Shown: in pieces, positions 15,201 to 31,300 of the stretch
Layout of the letters: each line of letters opens with the position of its first letter
Position numbering within the stretch: the first letter of the stretch is position 1
Assembly (NCBI RefSeq): GCF_009914755.1
Contig: NC_060932.1
Direction: 5' to 3' (one strand)
Source: the human T2T-CHM13v2.0 reference genome, Homo sapiens
DNA: 64,000 nt
Program-made: the position numbers and the translations under genes
Notes under the pieces: model-generated
Seen by the model: only the letters and a program-made list of their open reading frames with translations
Databases searched by the model: none
Told to the model about the DNA's origin: nothing

Positions 15201-15397
15201 TCTCTCTCCTCCCTCTCTCCTGCCCCCTCCACACAGACAAACACACACACATGCACATACACACATATATATATGCCCATACACATACATACATTTGTGT
15301 CTGTGGGTATAAATAAAGTGACTTTTGAAGTATGTATATATATATATACTTCAAAATATATAGTGTATATATATACACTATATATATATATATAGTG
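15201..15397. repeat. Compound TC/CA/TA simple repeats
   Basis: Seen directly. Confidence 0.9.
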
Positions 15398-15560
15398 AAA
15401 ATCATCACAGACACTGGAAAGGATAAAGAATAAAATATAACAAATACATAAAGTTATTTTGGGCAAAATGAGGTTTATTAAAAATAGGTAAGGAAGGTCT
15501 CATTTAACTGATTGGTAATAATAAAAAAATGGAATGAATGGAAATGCAACTATATAAAAA

Positions 15561-16060
15561 TGTAACAATTTGAATAAATTCTTGCACTACTAATGTAGGG
15601 AGGAATTCAATAGCACTGCCAAACATAAACATTCATTCAGAGAGCTGAAGTATTAGAACTCTGAGGGAGTATTATAACTTAGGGAAGAAGGAGGGAATTT
15701 TATAAACCTTTAGCAAATGTTCAGTTAGTATCAGGAATAGTTGGTCAAGAATGATTTTTGGATGAGGAAGAGTTGTTCTTGTGGTTTAGCAACCAGTATT
15801 TGTGCAACTCGATTTTAGCGAGAGGTCTGGGGAGAGTAGTTGATAGAGTTGGGATCAGGTGCAAAAATGGTGAGAAGAAGCTGCAGATGTCAAGGCAATG
15901 GGAGGGCCACAGTGGGCATCTCCCTTCGTTAACAGCGAGACTGAGTGTCCTTACTCAGCTACACCTTGGTTTGTACAGAACTTCAAGTCTGCTGATGATT
16001 ACAGTCAAGAATTCACTGTTGATAACTGCCATTGTGGCTTCTTAGGACTTTTGTCTTTGT
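15561..16060 (-). mobile_element. Possible ancient LTR relic (family unassigned)
   Basis: Locally higher GC; on the minus strand a TATA-like tttataaaattccctcc and an ...aattgttaca end. No family recognised. Confidence 0.3.
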
Positions 16061-19000
16061 AATTGTGTTTCAATAATGTATCAATGAGTGGCTGGAAAGA
16101 AACCTTAACATTCTTAAGAAAACTCAGCCTCAGGTAATGGAAATAACAAATATTAGTAAGTATCATCAGAAGGCCTTGGCCAATAGCTTGTACTCAAGAT
16201 TCTGCTCCTGTTGGTGTTAGGTAGGGGAATAGTTACTGTCCCCACCTTGAATCAGTAGAGAAGGGAAGTTCAAATCTACAGATTTGCAAAAACTTTGTTT
16301 ATACTTTTTATTAATGCATAGAATAAAGGTTAGAGGATAAAACATTGAAAATCTCATCTTAGCAATAAAATTTCTTAAAGCAATACAGTGGAAATAATAG
16401 CTTCAAAAGGCGGGAAAACACACACATACAACAAAGAGTACAGAACTGGTGATTTCTGTCACTTGAGAAATATTGATCCAAATGTGTTGGGTAGAGTTAC
16501 AATTATCAATAGGCTTCTGTTTGATCTGAGGTTCTTGGAAAGCTGGTTCCTTCATGATGTTGACTACTTCTGGAGTGCCATGAGATAGTCTTAGATCTCC
16601 CTTTGACATGGAAGTCTAGCAGGTGGGTGTATGACATCTTTGCAAGTGGAAAACATTAAACCAAAAGTTGATTTCCTGGAATTTCACTGCACTCTTTGTG
16701 GTTAACAGTAACTGTTAAAGTGCCTTCCAATGAGGTTCAATATTAGTCGTGCATTGGTAGTATTTCCAGTAAATAAGGTTTTTAAGCTAAAGATCAGGCA
16801 AAGATTTATGCAGTTTTTTCTAGGTAAAAGCTACCAGGACACGTTGATGATATTATTGGTAATACTGCATTAAATCCCTACAAATTTTAACATGTTTGTC
16901 TGTAAGAGCAGAGTCAAAGATGGAGGTGAGATCTCTGGTTGCATAATCAATTCACCTGGAAGTAATCTAAGATTTTTCTATTGAAGTCAATAATAGATAT
17001 GAAAGCTTTTCACAAGGCAAGTTGTTTAAATAGTTTTGCAAATTTTCTTCTAAAAATGTCATATTTTTTTTTTCTATTTTCTCTGAGAACTTGAGGAACT
17101 TTCTCTGAGAAATTCCCATGAGAACTTGAGAACTTGAGGGACGGGGCACTTCTGGCTGAAGGACAGAGCCTTAGATAATTTTCTTCAGTATCTTTCTAAA
17201 ATAATTAGGTTCCTCCCTCACTGAACATATGGGCAAATATTTTACAAGTGGGAAATACTAAGTTTACATGTTGACTTTCTTTTGCCGGAAGAATTGCTCT
17301 ATGGCAAGGAAAGAAATTTCACCAACCAGAAAGCAGATTTAAATTGTAGAAACAGGAAAGAGGTGGTGTTTATATAAACCCATTTTAGATTCTCTAAAGG
17401 CCTATAGGTTTTATCTCTATTTCATGTCCAATTTGTTTCTTAGGATTGTGGGAACCCACACCAAGGGCATATTTTGCAATCTTATTTAAAATTTTCTACC
17501 AATGCTTATTTATTATAGTCTTTAAAATTTGCGTTCAATGATGGAAAGAAAACATTTTTGAGACTCAATTTAGGATCTAATGACAGATCAAGAAATCATC
17601 TTCCTGCTACCAGAAACCATGTGAGTGGAGCAAACAATAAGATCTTTTCCGTTATGACATTGGAGGACAAGGTGCTTAGAATAGAGTGGACTCAAGACTT
17701 AATGCCAATAATGAAGAGTTTGTTTTGGCTTTGATTCTTGAACTTTGTGGATAGCTTGAATGTGTTTTAAAAAAAACTTGCTTTGTATAGTAATTATCTA
17801 AAACAATACCATTTGCTTCCGAGTCTGCTTTACAGTATGTGTCTCACACTGGCAATCAATTCTTTTGGAGGAAGAATCTAGTAGGGCTTCTGTGTAGTTG
17901 TCATATTTAATGGGGGCACTAGCCGCAATTAAGAAGCTGTGTTGCTTATAGAGCATAAGAAGATCATTACCCACTTAAAAGGAATATCTGGTGTCTGTGC
18001 AGACATTTGCTTTCTGCTCTCTAGACGGCTATAGTAAAAGCTATGATCTGAAAAACTACTGTGGATTTGGCTTCTGAAAGAAGTTTGAATTCAAGCAACT
18101 CTAAGTGGGTTATAATTACAAACCCAGCTTATAAAACCTCCTTGTTCTATGTTCATATAGAAATCATCAAAAATAAATTATAAACCAGAGTTTTCTAAAG
18201 GAATTTCACTGAAGTTAGAATCCGGGAAAATTTATGACAAGTGCATGACTGTCCCAAGGTCTACCATCCACTGTGAGGGGAAAATGGTTGGTGACGTTTA
18301 GGATCTCGGAGCAAAGGAGATAAATGTGTGTAGGAGGGAGGAGCAGGATTTCGGAGGAGGTCAGTCTAGGAGCAGGAATATGTTTGAATCAAATGAGGGA
18401 CTTAAGAAGATCTGGGATATCTTAAGATTTAAGTGTGAAGAAGCCTCAGTTCATTTGGAGGCTGCTGCAATTGTGCACAAATCAAAGGGTAGGCTATTCG
18501 TAAAAGGTCCATGAACAATGGATCTCTGATTTGTACTGTCCTATTGAGATAGAACCCTAAATGTTAGCATGATCTTTCACGTACAAATAGAGAGATTCAT
18601 AATAATCAGAAGTTCAAGATTAAGGCAATTATAAAGGGACTCTGATGTTACAGAATACCATCTTTAATAATTCTATCCAGGGCAAAAATTTAGATGTGAT
18701 AGTTTTTGTCAGAATATGTATATGGCTAGCCAGTTTCTAAGAACTAAGGATCCATTGTCGACAGTATCCTATGTGATGGAGCAATTCCCTAAGGTTATTT
18801 TTTGGTTTGTTTTTGTTGTCGTTTGCTTTTGGCAATTAGCCAGGACATGTTAAGAATAACTTTCTAGTCATTGAGAAAAAAAAACAAAAAATTAAATGAA
18901 CAACAACAACAAAAAAAAACAAAAAACACTTCAATACTTGTGAAAGAAGGAGGCAGAGACAGAGACAATAGGCTGTCACCCTTCAATGGTCTCCTATTTA

Positions 19001-20223
19001 AATGAGTACTGGGCAGTTTCAGCAAAGGAATAGTCAAATCAGTTGAGACCTTTCAGAGTTGACTGCTATGCTCCACACTTTCTTTCTTTGAACCAGATCA
19101 TACTGTGAACAGATGTGAGGTCTGAGATACCGGTAGGGAAAGATATCAGATAGTAAATGATCAGTCTATGACATCAGTAAATGATAGTACAGGAATATTT
19201 TTCTGAATATTCCAAGAAAAGGCCTTCTACTTTATATTTAATTGTAGTACACCGTTTACAAAATAGGTCTATTCCAAAAGATTCACCAGACAATAAAACA
19301 TGTCAACTAGTGAGAAAGCCCAGAGATGCAGGAAGTACTAAGACAAATGCAGAATCTGAAGGTCATTTGAGATCCCTACGTCTAAATTCTGTTTGCTGCT
19401 GCAAGGGCAAATGACAGAAAAGTAACAAAGTTTATGGTTGAGAGGTTAGACAAGTATAAAATAGAAATACAACATTTTGTATTTGCAATTGCATATAAAG
19501 ATTCCCCTTTTTTATTAAGGGAAATTGTGGGCTGACCAGAAAGGCAAAAATTTCCTTCTGTCAGATAAAATGTGTTCTTTGTCTGTTTTGATTCTGTTTT
19601 TCAAATGAAAGCAGGGTAATTGTTTTTTCAGTGATCCTTTTCTTTATGATAGCTACAGGTATTTATCTATACAGTTTCAGATGTGTACTTGTGCATACAT
19701 TTACCCAAATGCTTAATCAGAAGAGCTATTCATAAGAGCTTATTTTTGTTTCATTCTAAATCAAAATAGCTCTGAAGTGTTCAGCAAGCTCTTGTAACTC
19801 AGATAGAAGGATACTCTGCCTCGAATCTTCTGTTTTCTAAATAAATCTACCTTTCCAGGATTAAGACTGTCAATAAAGAAAGTAGATAGGTCAGTTGTAA
19901 TGTTTTCTTCCTGAATGAGTGGAATATTCTCCTACGGTAGAAATGAGATAGTCTCTAAATTCTAGGAACTACTTTTTTTCCCAGTTAATATCATTAGATA
20001 TTGATCAATTAGCATTGATACCAAAGATCTCTGGGTCAGATTGTAAGAGGTATTATCCTGCTTTATATTTTTCATATCCACCAGTGGTAAAATTTTGATA
20101 CTTGTATTTGATGTAATTTTGGTATCAATTCATCCTGCTTTCTCTAACCAACATTTTAAAATCTCTCATGCCTACAGGGTGATGGATTTAATCCAAGACT
20201 TTTCATAAGCGGCTAGGGCAATC

Positions 20224-20879
20224 TTTTTTTTTTTTCAAGAGAATTAAATCGTTTATTGATTACACATGATAATGGATGATACACAAGCTTCATTCCCATC
20301 TATAATTTTATCTGGTACCATTATTCAATTTAGATATATTGCATAGGATGTGCCAACAATCACTTTTATAACCATTCCATGATTTTGCTTGGGTAATCCC
20401 TTTTAATGGTGAACTTCAGGTCACAACAGTAACTATCAGTTCAACTACACCAAGGTTTCCGAAGACAATGGCTTCTCCACCCAAGCAGGTTGTATATAAA
20501 TTCCAAATAGAACCTGGCATCACCCTGAAGGAATTCTAACTTCACACTGTTGGGGAAATTTACCAAGATGGCTTCAGAGTAGACTAACTTTACACAGCAT
20601 TAAAAAAAAAAGACATTTATTCAGCGTCATGATCAGACTATTACATTTAGCAATCAACAGCATGGGTGCAAAAAAAAAAATCTACATTAAAACCCTTTGT
20701 TGGAATGCTTTACACTTTCCACAGAACAGAAACTAAAATAACCTGTTATACAACTAGTCACAAATACAGTCCTCGAGTTTTTTGCCCATACACAGGAGTA
20801 TTTGTCTAAAACATGTCTTCTTTGTAGCAGCTAGGCCCTGCCACCACTGTGCTTGGCTGAGTTCACAAATCTGTTGTAA
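20224..20879 (-). pseudogene. HNRNPA1: Processed pseudogene fragment: HNRNPA1 3'UTR (long isoform) with poly(A)
   Basis: Reverse complement reads ttacaacagatttgtgaactcagccaagcacagtggtggcagggcctagctgctacaaagaagacatg...aatcaataaacgatttaattctcttgaa(A)n, matching my recollection of the HNRNPA1 3'UTR; proximal and distal AATAAA at 20616-20621 and 20252-20257; no coding sequence present. Confidence 0.9.
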
Positions 20880-20885
20880 ACAGTA

Positions 20886-22735
<1,850 letters not shown>

Positions 22736-24790
22736 TTAACAGAGCTTTACACATTTTTTCATACATTATTCTCATCCCAGCCATCTATTTCTGATATAAT
22801 CATAGGTGTCCCCTATTTAAAGTTAGGAACATAAACCAAAGAGACAAATTGTCTATCACAATACTAATATTATTCCACCCATCCACCAAAAAAGCAAACC
22901 AAAACAAACAAACACTAATCTTGACTTTGAGGGCATCCATTTTACTTCTAGGTCTAAGACCCTTGAACTAAACTTACATGCCCCTCAGTGTTCATCTAAT
23001 TTTTTGATAATGATGCAGGTCTCTTATTTGCTTTTAATCTGTCCCTGAGTCATTCTTAGGTTGGCATCACTGTTTGTAAGAAATCAGATTTTGTTTTGTC
23101 TCGTTTTCTTTCTCTTTTTCCTTTTGAAAGCACTGATTGTTAGCCACTTGTCTCTACTTAAGCAACTTAATTACAGTTATTTATATAAAACAACTTATGT
23201 AAGTATATGCAACCATACAGGGCATTCAAAAATATTCTCATGAGCAACCTGATATGCCATTGACTGCAACTTCTGTGCTATCTTTTGAATCACTAAAATT
23301 GTGCAGGGGTATTCATGTTTGCCTAAATGGTTATTCCTATGCAGTAAAAATGTACACTATGGATGGTTCCTTTACAGCTGAACATACCTATGCATACACC
23401 CATCCCCATTCCCCCCAAATAAGGCTTAATCACAAATCTGCCATGCCAGATTTTCCTTAGAGAATTACTTTTAAAAATGGTCTTTCATTGTCTAGAGCTA
23501 TACAGAAGTACCATAAGTGCTTCTTGGGGGTGGGTCATTGAACAAAGTTCTGGGGACTCTTTTTCTTCAATAAATCATCTTCATTTAGCTATTTAAATCA
23601 TAGAGATATAAATGCAATTTTGTTGGAGAGAGAGAAAAAATCTGTTAAAATAAAGTTTGGAAAATAATGGTTATATCATAAACTGAAAGGGAAGACAAGA
23701 TGATTAATTAAATATTACATTAGTTATCTAAAACGTGTGGATGCCTTTTCTAACTTTTTATTTTTTCTTTAACCTCCATGAGTATATTTCTGTAATCAGT
23801 ATGGATCCTATACAAAAATGCATTATTTTATGTGTATTTTGAGTAATACTTGACAAATATGAAATAATTTTTACTTGAGTACAGTGGTAATAAGTGAAAA
23901 TTATTATCTGCTTTATAAGTGATGAGACATAAACAGTGCTATGATCTTCTTCAAAAATCATATGCTCCAATTTGCCATTATTATTTTAAGGATAGCAAAA
24001 CATTTTTATATTCTTAATAAGGTAAACTGCACACTTGCTATGTGCAAGAAAGTGAGTTAGCATCTCTGGTTTATACAAAGATAAACGGTCACAAGCTGGG
24101 TTGCTACCTTTTAGGGCCTAACATTTTAATGAAAGAGACCATTGTTTACTAAAATACAAAAGCAGGTTGGAATATTTGGAGAAGAATGTGATAGTATCTA
24201 ATCTGTTTTGATTAATGTCCATGAGGGTGGAGATCACGTAACATTAATTCTAAACACTAATGTGTGATCAGCAAATATCAAGCACATAAAAATAGTACCT
24301 AAATATGTGTTGTTTTTATATTTGAGAAAATATGAACAGTAAACTTAATAGAAAGACTGAAGAAGTATAAAGTGGATGTAATAAGGCTAGTTTTAGGAAA
24401 TTGTAATTGCCTAAGTGACTAGAAATTATATCTGATATAAAGAAATAGCAGAGGAAAGAAAGAGAGAAGGAACTTAAGAACATTTCTAGATGTAAAACCA
24501 ATCATATTTAGCAAGTTATTGGCTCTGTGCTTTAGTGAAAATGGACACTGAGTTGGATTTCTAACAAAACCAAATCAAAGGGTCAACTAGTATTTAAACT
24601 CTGTTATGCTAGTTTGAGCTTGCCTGTAGATGGGTAGAAGGAACCAAGGAGTAAAGGCTAACTGTGTTATAGATGGAATAATGAAAGAAAATGAAACCTG
24701 AAGAAAATCAATAGAGAAAATGTAGGAATTATCCAAGAAATCCAATTTAGAAATTTATTAATAAGGCAATTATCCAACAAAAAAGGAAGG

Positions 24791-25215
24791 TTCTATCGTT
24801 TGGATATTTGTGCTCTCCAAAATCCATGTTGAAATTTGATTCACAAGGTGGCAATGTTGGGAGGTGAGCCTGGTGGGAGGTGTTTGGTTCATGAGGGTGG
24901 ATTTCTCATGGGCAGATAATTCCGTCTCTCAGGATTGAGTGAGCTCATACTTTATTAATTAATTACCATGAGAGCTGGTTGTTACAAAGAACCTGGAACA
25001 TCCCTCGCTGTGTTTCCTCTCCCACTATATTATCTCTTTGCATGTGTTGACTTCCTTCTGCTTTCTCTGGTAAGTTGAAGAAGCCTCAGGGCCTCATCAG
25101 AAGTAGATGTCCAATCTTACATTTTCCAAGACATCAGAATCATGAGCAAAAAACTTTTTTGTTCAATTACTCTTCATCAAGAACTCCTTTATAGCAGCAA
25201 AGATGCATTAAGACA
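24791..25215 (+). mobile_element. MST (MSTB-like) MaLR solo LTR
   Basis: ttctatcgtttggatatttgt...catgttgaaatttgat...ttaagaca; perfect 5-bp TSD GAAGG at 24786-24790 and 25216-25220. Confidence 0.88.
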
Positions 25216-26456
25216 GAAGGAGAAAGTAAAATTGAGAAAACAGTATATAGAATGTTTCAGACTTCTTACCAATACATAAGTAGACTTTTTGTTTTAAATT
25301 AGATGTTTTTGTGTAGATTTTAATGATGTGTGTGAAACAGATAAAAGCATACTTGCAATATTCTCTCCTCAGATTTACTCATTTGATAACAATGTTTCAC
25401 TGATTAGTTCAATATATTCAAAAACGCTATCAACAAATATAAGACTATCAGGTTGCTCGTTCATGTTTTCCTTTATCTTTCTTTTGTTTAATGTAAACAT
25501 TAAGCTCTATAATCTAGTTGACTTCCATATTTGCCATAAAAATTTCAAAAGGTGTTTTAATTGTATGTGTGTTACAAAGATTATTGTTTTTCTTGTATTA
25601 TTCATGTTTTCTTCTACTTTCAACTACAGTAATAAAATAAAATGTTTCTAGGATATATTCCATTTTCTTAAACTATGTCCAATATCAGACATACTATGGC
25701 ACAATAATATGTAAGGTAAAATGTCACCGAATAATATAATTTTTTTAAGTATTACATGGGGGGATGGGTCTGCACATGTCGTCTGGGAGTCAGGGGATCA
25801 ATCTTCCCATCCAACACTGATAGTATTTATGCACTCCTCTTTGGGGTCTGAGGATAGGCCTACATGCATCACCTGGAGACTGGCAGGCACAATCTGTTAC
25901 CACCACTTCGGGCACCAAGAACTGTTGCCTGCAGGCCTGAGTGTTCATCCAGTATGCCTACTGCCATCACCAACATCACTCATACCACCCAGGGGTCCAA
26001 AACCCACCTACCTGCCCAGCTCCCTCTTGTCGTGGTCAGCACATGAGCAGGCTTCCAGGAGGCTCAAAGATCAGTCCACCTGGGTTTACTACCACCTGTG
26101 TCTTCATAAACCACCTTGGGGACCAAAGATAAGCATACTATGCTGCAACCACTGAAGCTTGAGAACTGACCTTGTTTGTGTCCTCATGCCCAGCAAAGCT
26201 TCACCACAGCCTCAAATAACAACGACAGCCTAGGCCACTGAATAACTCACAGACACCAACAACAGTGTCTATACAGAAGAAATTATAAATTATAAATTAT
26301 AACTACCACGCCTATTCAGAATTAAAGTCAAAGCACTGTACCCAAGCAACACAATAGACACATCTACAGAAAAAAAAATGTTTTTCTTTTTCCTAGGAAA
26401 GCCAATCACCAAAATTGGAAGAACTGACTGTTATACCATATATGCTGATATGAAAG

Positions 26457-28383
26457 GGCAAGCTGAGAATCAAATCAAGAACTCAATCTCTTTTACAACT
26501 GCAAAATAAATAAAATACCCAGGAATATACTAACCAAGGAGATGAAAGATTGTATTACAAGAAGAATTATAAAACACTGCTGAATGATATAATAAAGGAC
26601 ACAAACAAATGAAAACACATCCTATACTCATGGATTGGAAGAATCAATATCATGAAAATGACCATACTATCCAAAGCAATCTACAGATTCAATGTTATTT
26701 CCATCGAAATGCCAATATCATTTTTCACAGAATTAGAAAAAAAATCCTAACATTCATATGGAACCAAAAAAGAGTCTGCATAGCCAATGCAAAAGAACAA
26801 ATTTGGAGGCATTACATTACTGGACTTCAAATTATACTGCAAGGCTATAGTTACCAAAACATCATGGTACTGTATAAAAGTGGACACACAGACCAACAGA
26901 ACAGGATAACAAACTCAGAAATAAAGCCAAATAAGTACACCCAACTGATCTTTGACAAAGCATACAAAAACATAAATTAGGGAATTGACACTCTTTAATA
27001 AGTGGTGCTGAGAAAACTTGTAAGCCACACGTAGAAGAATGAAATTGGATTCCTATCTGTCACCATATGCAAAACTGCACGCAAGATGGATTAACAACTG
27101 AAGTATGAGACCTTAAACTACACAAAATTCTAGAAGACAACATTGGAAAACCTCTTCTGGACATAAGCCTAGGCAAATAATTCATGACTAAGAACCCCAA
27201 AACTAATGCAACAATCAAATATAAATAAATGGGACCTAATTAAACTGAAAAGCTTCTGCACAGCAAAAGATGATGATCAAGGTAAACAGATAAGCTACAG
27301 AGTAGGAGAAAATATTTGCAAACTATGTATCCAAAGGAATACTATTCCAAAGGAATAGTATCCAGAATCTACAAGTAATTCAAACAAGTCAGAAAGAAAA
27401 AAAATAATCCCAACAGGAAGTGGGCAAAGGAAATGAATAGATATTTCTCAAAAGAAGATATACAAATGGCCCATAAACAAACAAAAAAAGCTCTAATCAA
27501 CAGGGAAAGAAAAACTAAAACCATAGTGAGAGACCACCTTACTCCGGTAAGAATTGCCTTTATTCCTGAACCCAGGAGGCGGAGCTTGCAGTGAGCTGAG
27601 ATAGCGCCATGGTACTCCAGCCTGGGCAACTGAGTGAGACTCTGTCTCCAAAAAAAAAAAAAAAAAAAAAGATTTGCCTTTATTAATAAGTCAAAAAACA
27701 ACAGATGTTGCCATGGATGTGGTGAAAAAGGAAAACTTCTCCACTGTTGGTAGGAGTGTAAATAATTAGTGCAACCGTTGTGGAAAAAGTATGGAGAGTC
27801 CTTAAAGAACTAAAAGTAGATCTACATCTCAATCCAGCAATCCCACTACTGAATATCTTCCCAAAGGAAAAGAAGTCATCATATAAAAAAGACACTTGCA
27901 CATGTACGTTTTATAGCAGCACAATTCACAATTGTAAAGACATGGAACCAACTTAAGTGTTCATCAACTAATGAGTGGATAAAGTAAATGTGGTGTATAT
28001 ACACCATGAAATACTACTCAGCCATTATAAGGAGTGAAATAATGTTTTTTTGCAGCAACTTGGGTGAAGCTGGAGGCCATTGTTCTAAGGTAAGTAACAC
28101 AGGAGTGGAAAACCAGAAACCATATTTTCTCACATGTGAGTGGGACCTAAGCTATGAGTAAGCAAAGGAATAAAGAGTGATATAATGGATTTTAGAGACT
28201 CAGAAGTGAGAGAAAGGCAAGGGGGTATAGGGATAAAAAAACTACACATTAGGTACAAGGTACACTGCTTGGTGATGAGTGCACTAAAATCTCAGAATTC
28301 ACTACTATATAAATCATCCATATTACAAAAAAATTGTACCCCAAAAGCTATTGAAATTGAAATAAACATTTTTTAAAAAAATT
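26457..28383 (+). mobile_element. L1PB (L1PB3/4-like) 5'-truncated insertion
   Basis: caagctgagaatcaaatcaagaactcaatc (L1PB ORF2) to gcactaaaatctcagaattcactacta...ccccaaaagctattgaaat (L1PB 3'UTR). Confidence 0.85.
27565..27668 (+). mobile_element. 5'-truncated AluY nested in the L1PB
   Basis: gaacccaggaggcggagcttgcagtgagc...poly(A); TSD aaga(a/t)ttgcctttatt at 27549-27564 and 27669-27684. Confidence 0.92.
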
Positions 28384-31300
28384 AAAAATATGACACCCCC
28401 AAAACAACAAAATAAGATAATTCTCCAGCAGCAGATTTCAGTGAAAATTGTATGCATGACATCTGTAAAAGAGAATTCAGAATAATGACATTAAATGAGC
28501 TCTGTGAGTTATGGAAAAGCAAATAAACAATAAAAAAATCATTAATTCACAATCTGAATAAGGAATTCACCAAAAAATGATATTATTACAAAGAAACAAA
28601 ATTATTTCTAAAACTGAAGTCAGTGAATAAAATAAAAAGTATAATTAAGAGCCTTAAAAATACACTGTATTAAACAAAAGAAAGAATTTCTTATCTTGAA
28701 GACAAGTCTTTTTAAATAACTCAGTCAGACCAAAGGGGGAAAAAAAGAAAGAAAAATAATAAAAAAGAATAGAGAGTACCCTATGACACACAAGAAACCA
28801 TAAAGCAAACTAATATTCCATTTTTTTGTGTGTTCCAGAAGGAGAAAAGATAGGCAAAGGAATACCCAACCTATTAAACTAAATAATAGCTGAAAACTTT
28901 TTTCAAGTCTTCCAAGTAATATAGCTCTCTAGATCCAGGGTACTCAGTGATCTCCAAGTAGATTCCACTCAAATAGATCTTCTCCAAACACATTATAGTG
29001 AAACTGCCAAACTGAAAAACAAAGTGAGAATTATTAAGAAAATAAAAAAGAGAGAAACACTTCAAGTTACATATAAACAAACCATCATCAGGCTAAGAGC
29101 TAATTTCTCAGCAGAAGCCTTACATTCTAGAAAAAAGTGGATAGTTTTACAAAATGTTGAAAACAAAGAACTGTGAGTCAAGAATACTATACCCAGCAGT
29201 GATAGCCTATCAAAATTAAGGAGAAATAAAATCTTTCTCAGACAAGCAAAACTGAGAGAGGTCATCACCAATAGACCAGCCAAACAAAAAAATGCTCAAG
29301 AGATTTCTGCATCTAGAAGCAAAAAGACAATATCTACCATCATGAAAACACACAAAAGCATAATACTCACTGGTATAACTAACACACATCAAACAGCACT
29401 AATAAACACTGAGAGAAAGAAAAAAAATGATACATAAAATAACCAGAAAACAACTAGCAAAAATAAAGGAATTTATCACCTACTAGTAATAACCTTGTAT
29501 GTAAAAGATTAAATTCTCCCACTTAAACAATATAGACTGGATGGATAAATAAAAAATAGTAAATCAAAACATAAATCAACTATTTGATGCCACCAAGAAA
29601 CTACCTTCACCTGTAGAGGCATACAGACTGAAAGTGAAGGGGTAGAAAAGGATATTTCATGAAAACAGAAACCAGAAGTGATCAGAAATAGCTATATTTA
29701 TATCAGATAAAACAGATTTTAAGCAAAAACAAAGCAAAAACAGTAAATAGAGGTAAATATAGTCATTATATAATGATAAAGAAGTCAAAACAGCAGGAGG
29801 TTATAAAAATTCTAAATATATGGGCACTCAAAATTGGAACACCCAGATATATAAAGCAAATATTATTAGCTATAGAGGGAGAGAGAGACTCCAATAAAAT
29901 AATAGTTGTGGACTTCAACCCATCACTCTCAGCATTGGACAGATCATCCAGACAAATTTGAACACAGAAACATTGGATTTAGATTGCACTTTAGGCCAAA
30001 TTGACCTGACAGAAATGTACAGATCACTTTATCCAACAGCTGCATAATAAACGTTCTTCTGATCAGTGCATGAAAGATTTTCCAGGAGAGACTATATGCT
30101 AAGTCACAAAACATGTCTCAAATTTTTATTTAAATTGAAATTATATTGAGTATTCTCTAACACCAAAGTGTAATACTAGAAATCAATAACGAGAGAAACT
30201 GGAAACTGTACAAATACATGAAAATTAGACATTGTGACACTGAATTATCTTAGATCAATAAAGAAATTAAGAAGAAAATTTAAAAATTCTTAAAGAACAT
30301 GAAAATGGAAACAAAACATACCAAAACCCATGGAATACCATGAAAGCCGTGCCTCTAGGGCAATTTATACTAAATATACATACATTAAAAAGTATGAAAT
30401 TTTCAAATTAACAACAATGCACCTCAAGAAACTAGAAAAGCAAAAAAAAAGCAAACCAAAAATTGGTAGAATACAAGGTGTAATTAAGATTAAAGCAGAA
30501 CTAAACAAAATAGAGGCATAAAAAATGCAATGGATCAATGAACAAAAATCTGGGTTTTTGAAAAAATAAACAAAATTGATATACTGCTAGCTAGACTAAC
30601 CAAGAAAAAGAGAGAAAGATGCAAAATGAGAAATGGATTGAAAGAATTATTATTTTTAAAATGACCATACTGCCCAATACAATCTACACATTTACTACAA
30701 TCCATATCAAAATACCAATTATGCTCTTCATAGAAATAGAAAAATAATTCTAAAATTTATATAGAACCACAAAAGACTCTGAGGAGCCAAAGCAGTACTG
30801 AGCAAAAAGAACAAAGCTGCAAGCATCACACTTCAAATGACTTTAATATATACTACAAAGCTATAATAATAAAACAGCATGGCAATGGGATAAGCATAGA
30901 CACATATACCAACTGAACCAAATGGAGAACCCCAAAATAAATTCACGTATTTACAACCAATCAATTTTTGAAAAGGAGCTAAGAACATATGCTGAAAAAA
31001 GAACATTCTCCTGAATAAATCTTACTGGAAAAACTTGATATCTCTATGCATAAGATTGCGACTAGACCCCTGTATCTTACCATATACAAAAATCATGTCA
31101 AAATGGATTGAAGACTTAAATGTAAGACCCAAAACTGTAACACCACCAGAAGAAAACAGGGAAAATGCTTCCAGACTTTGGCCTAGGTAAAGATTTTATC
31201 ACTAATATCTCAAAGCACCAGCTACAGAAACAAAAATAGACAAATGAGACTATATTGAATCAAAAAAGCTTCCTCACAGAAAAGGAAACTATCAACAGAA

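Noticed and set aside
25721-26155. 144-aa ORF in a GC-richer block, as a possible exon
   Set aside because: It lies in the C-rich 5'UTR region of the old L1M element, with no recognisable protein.
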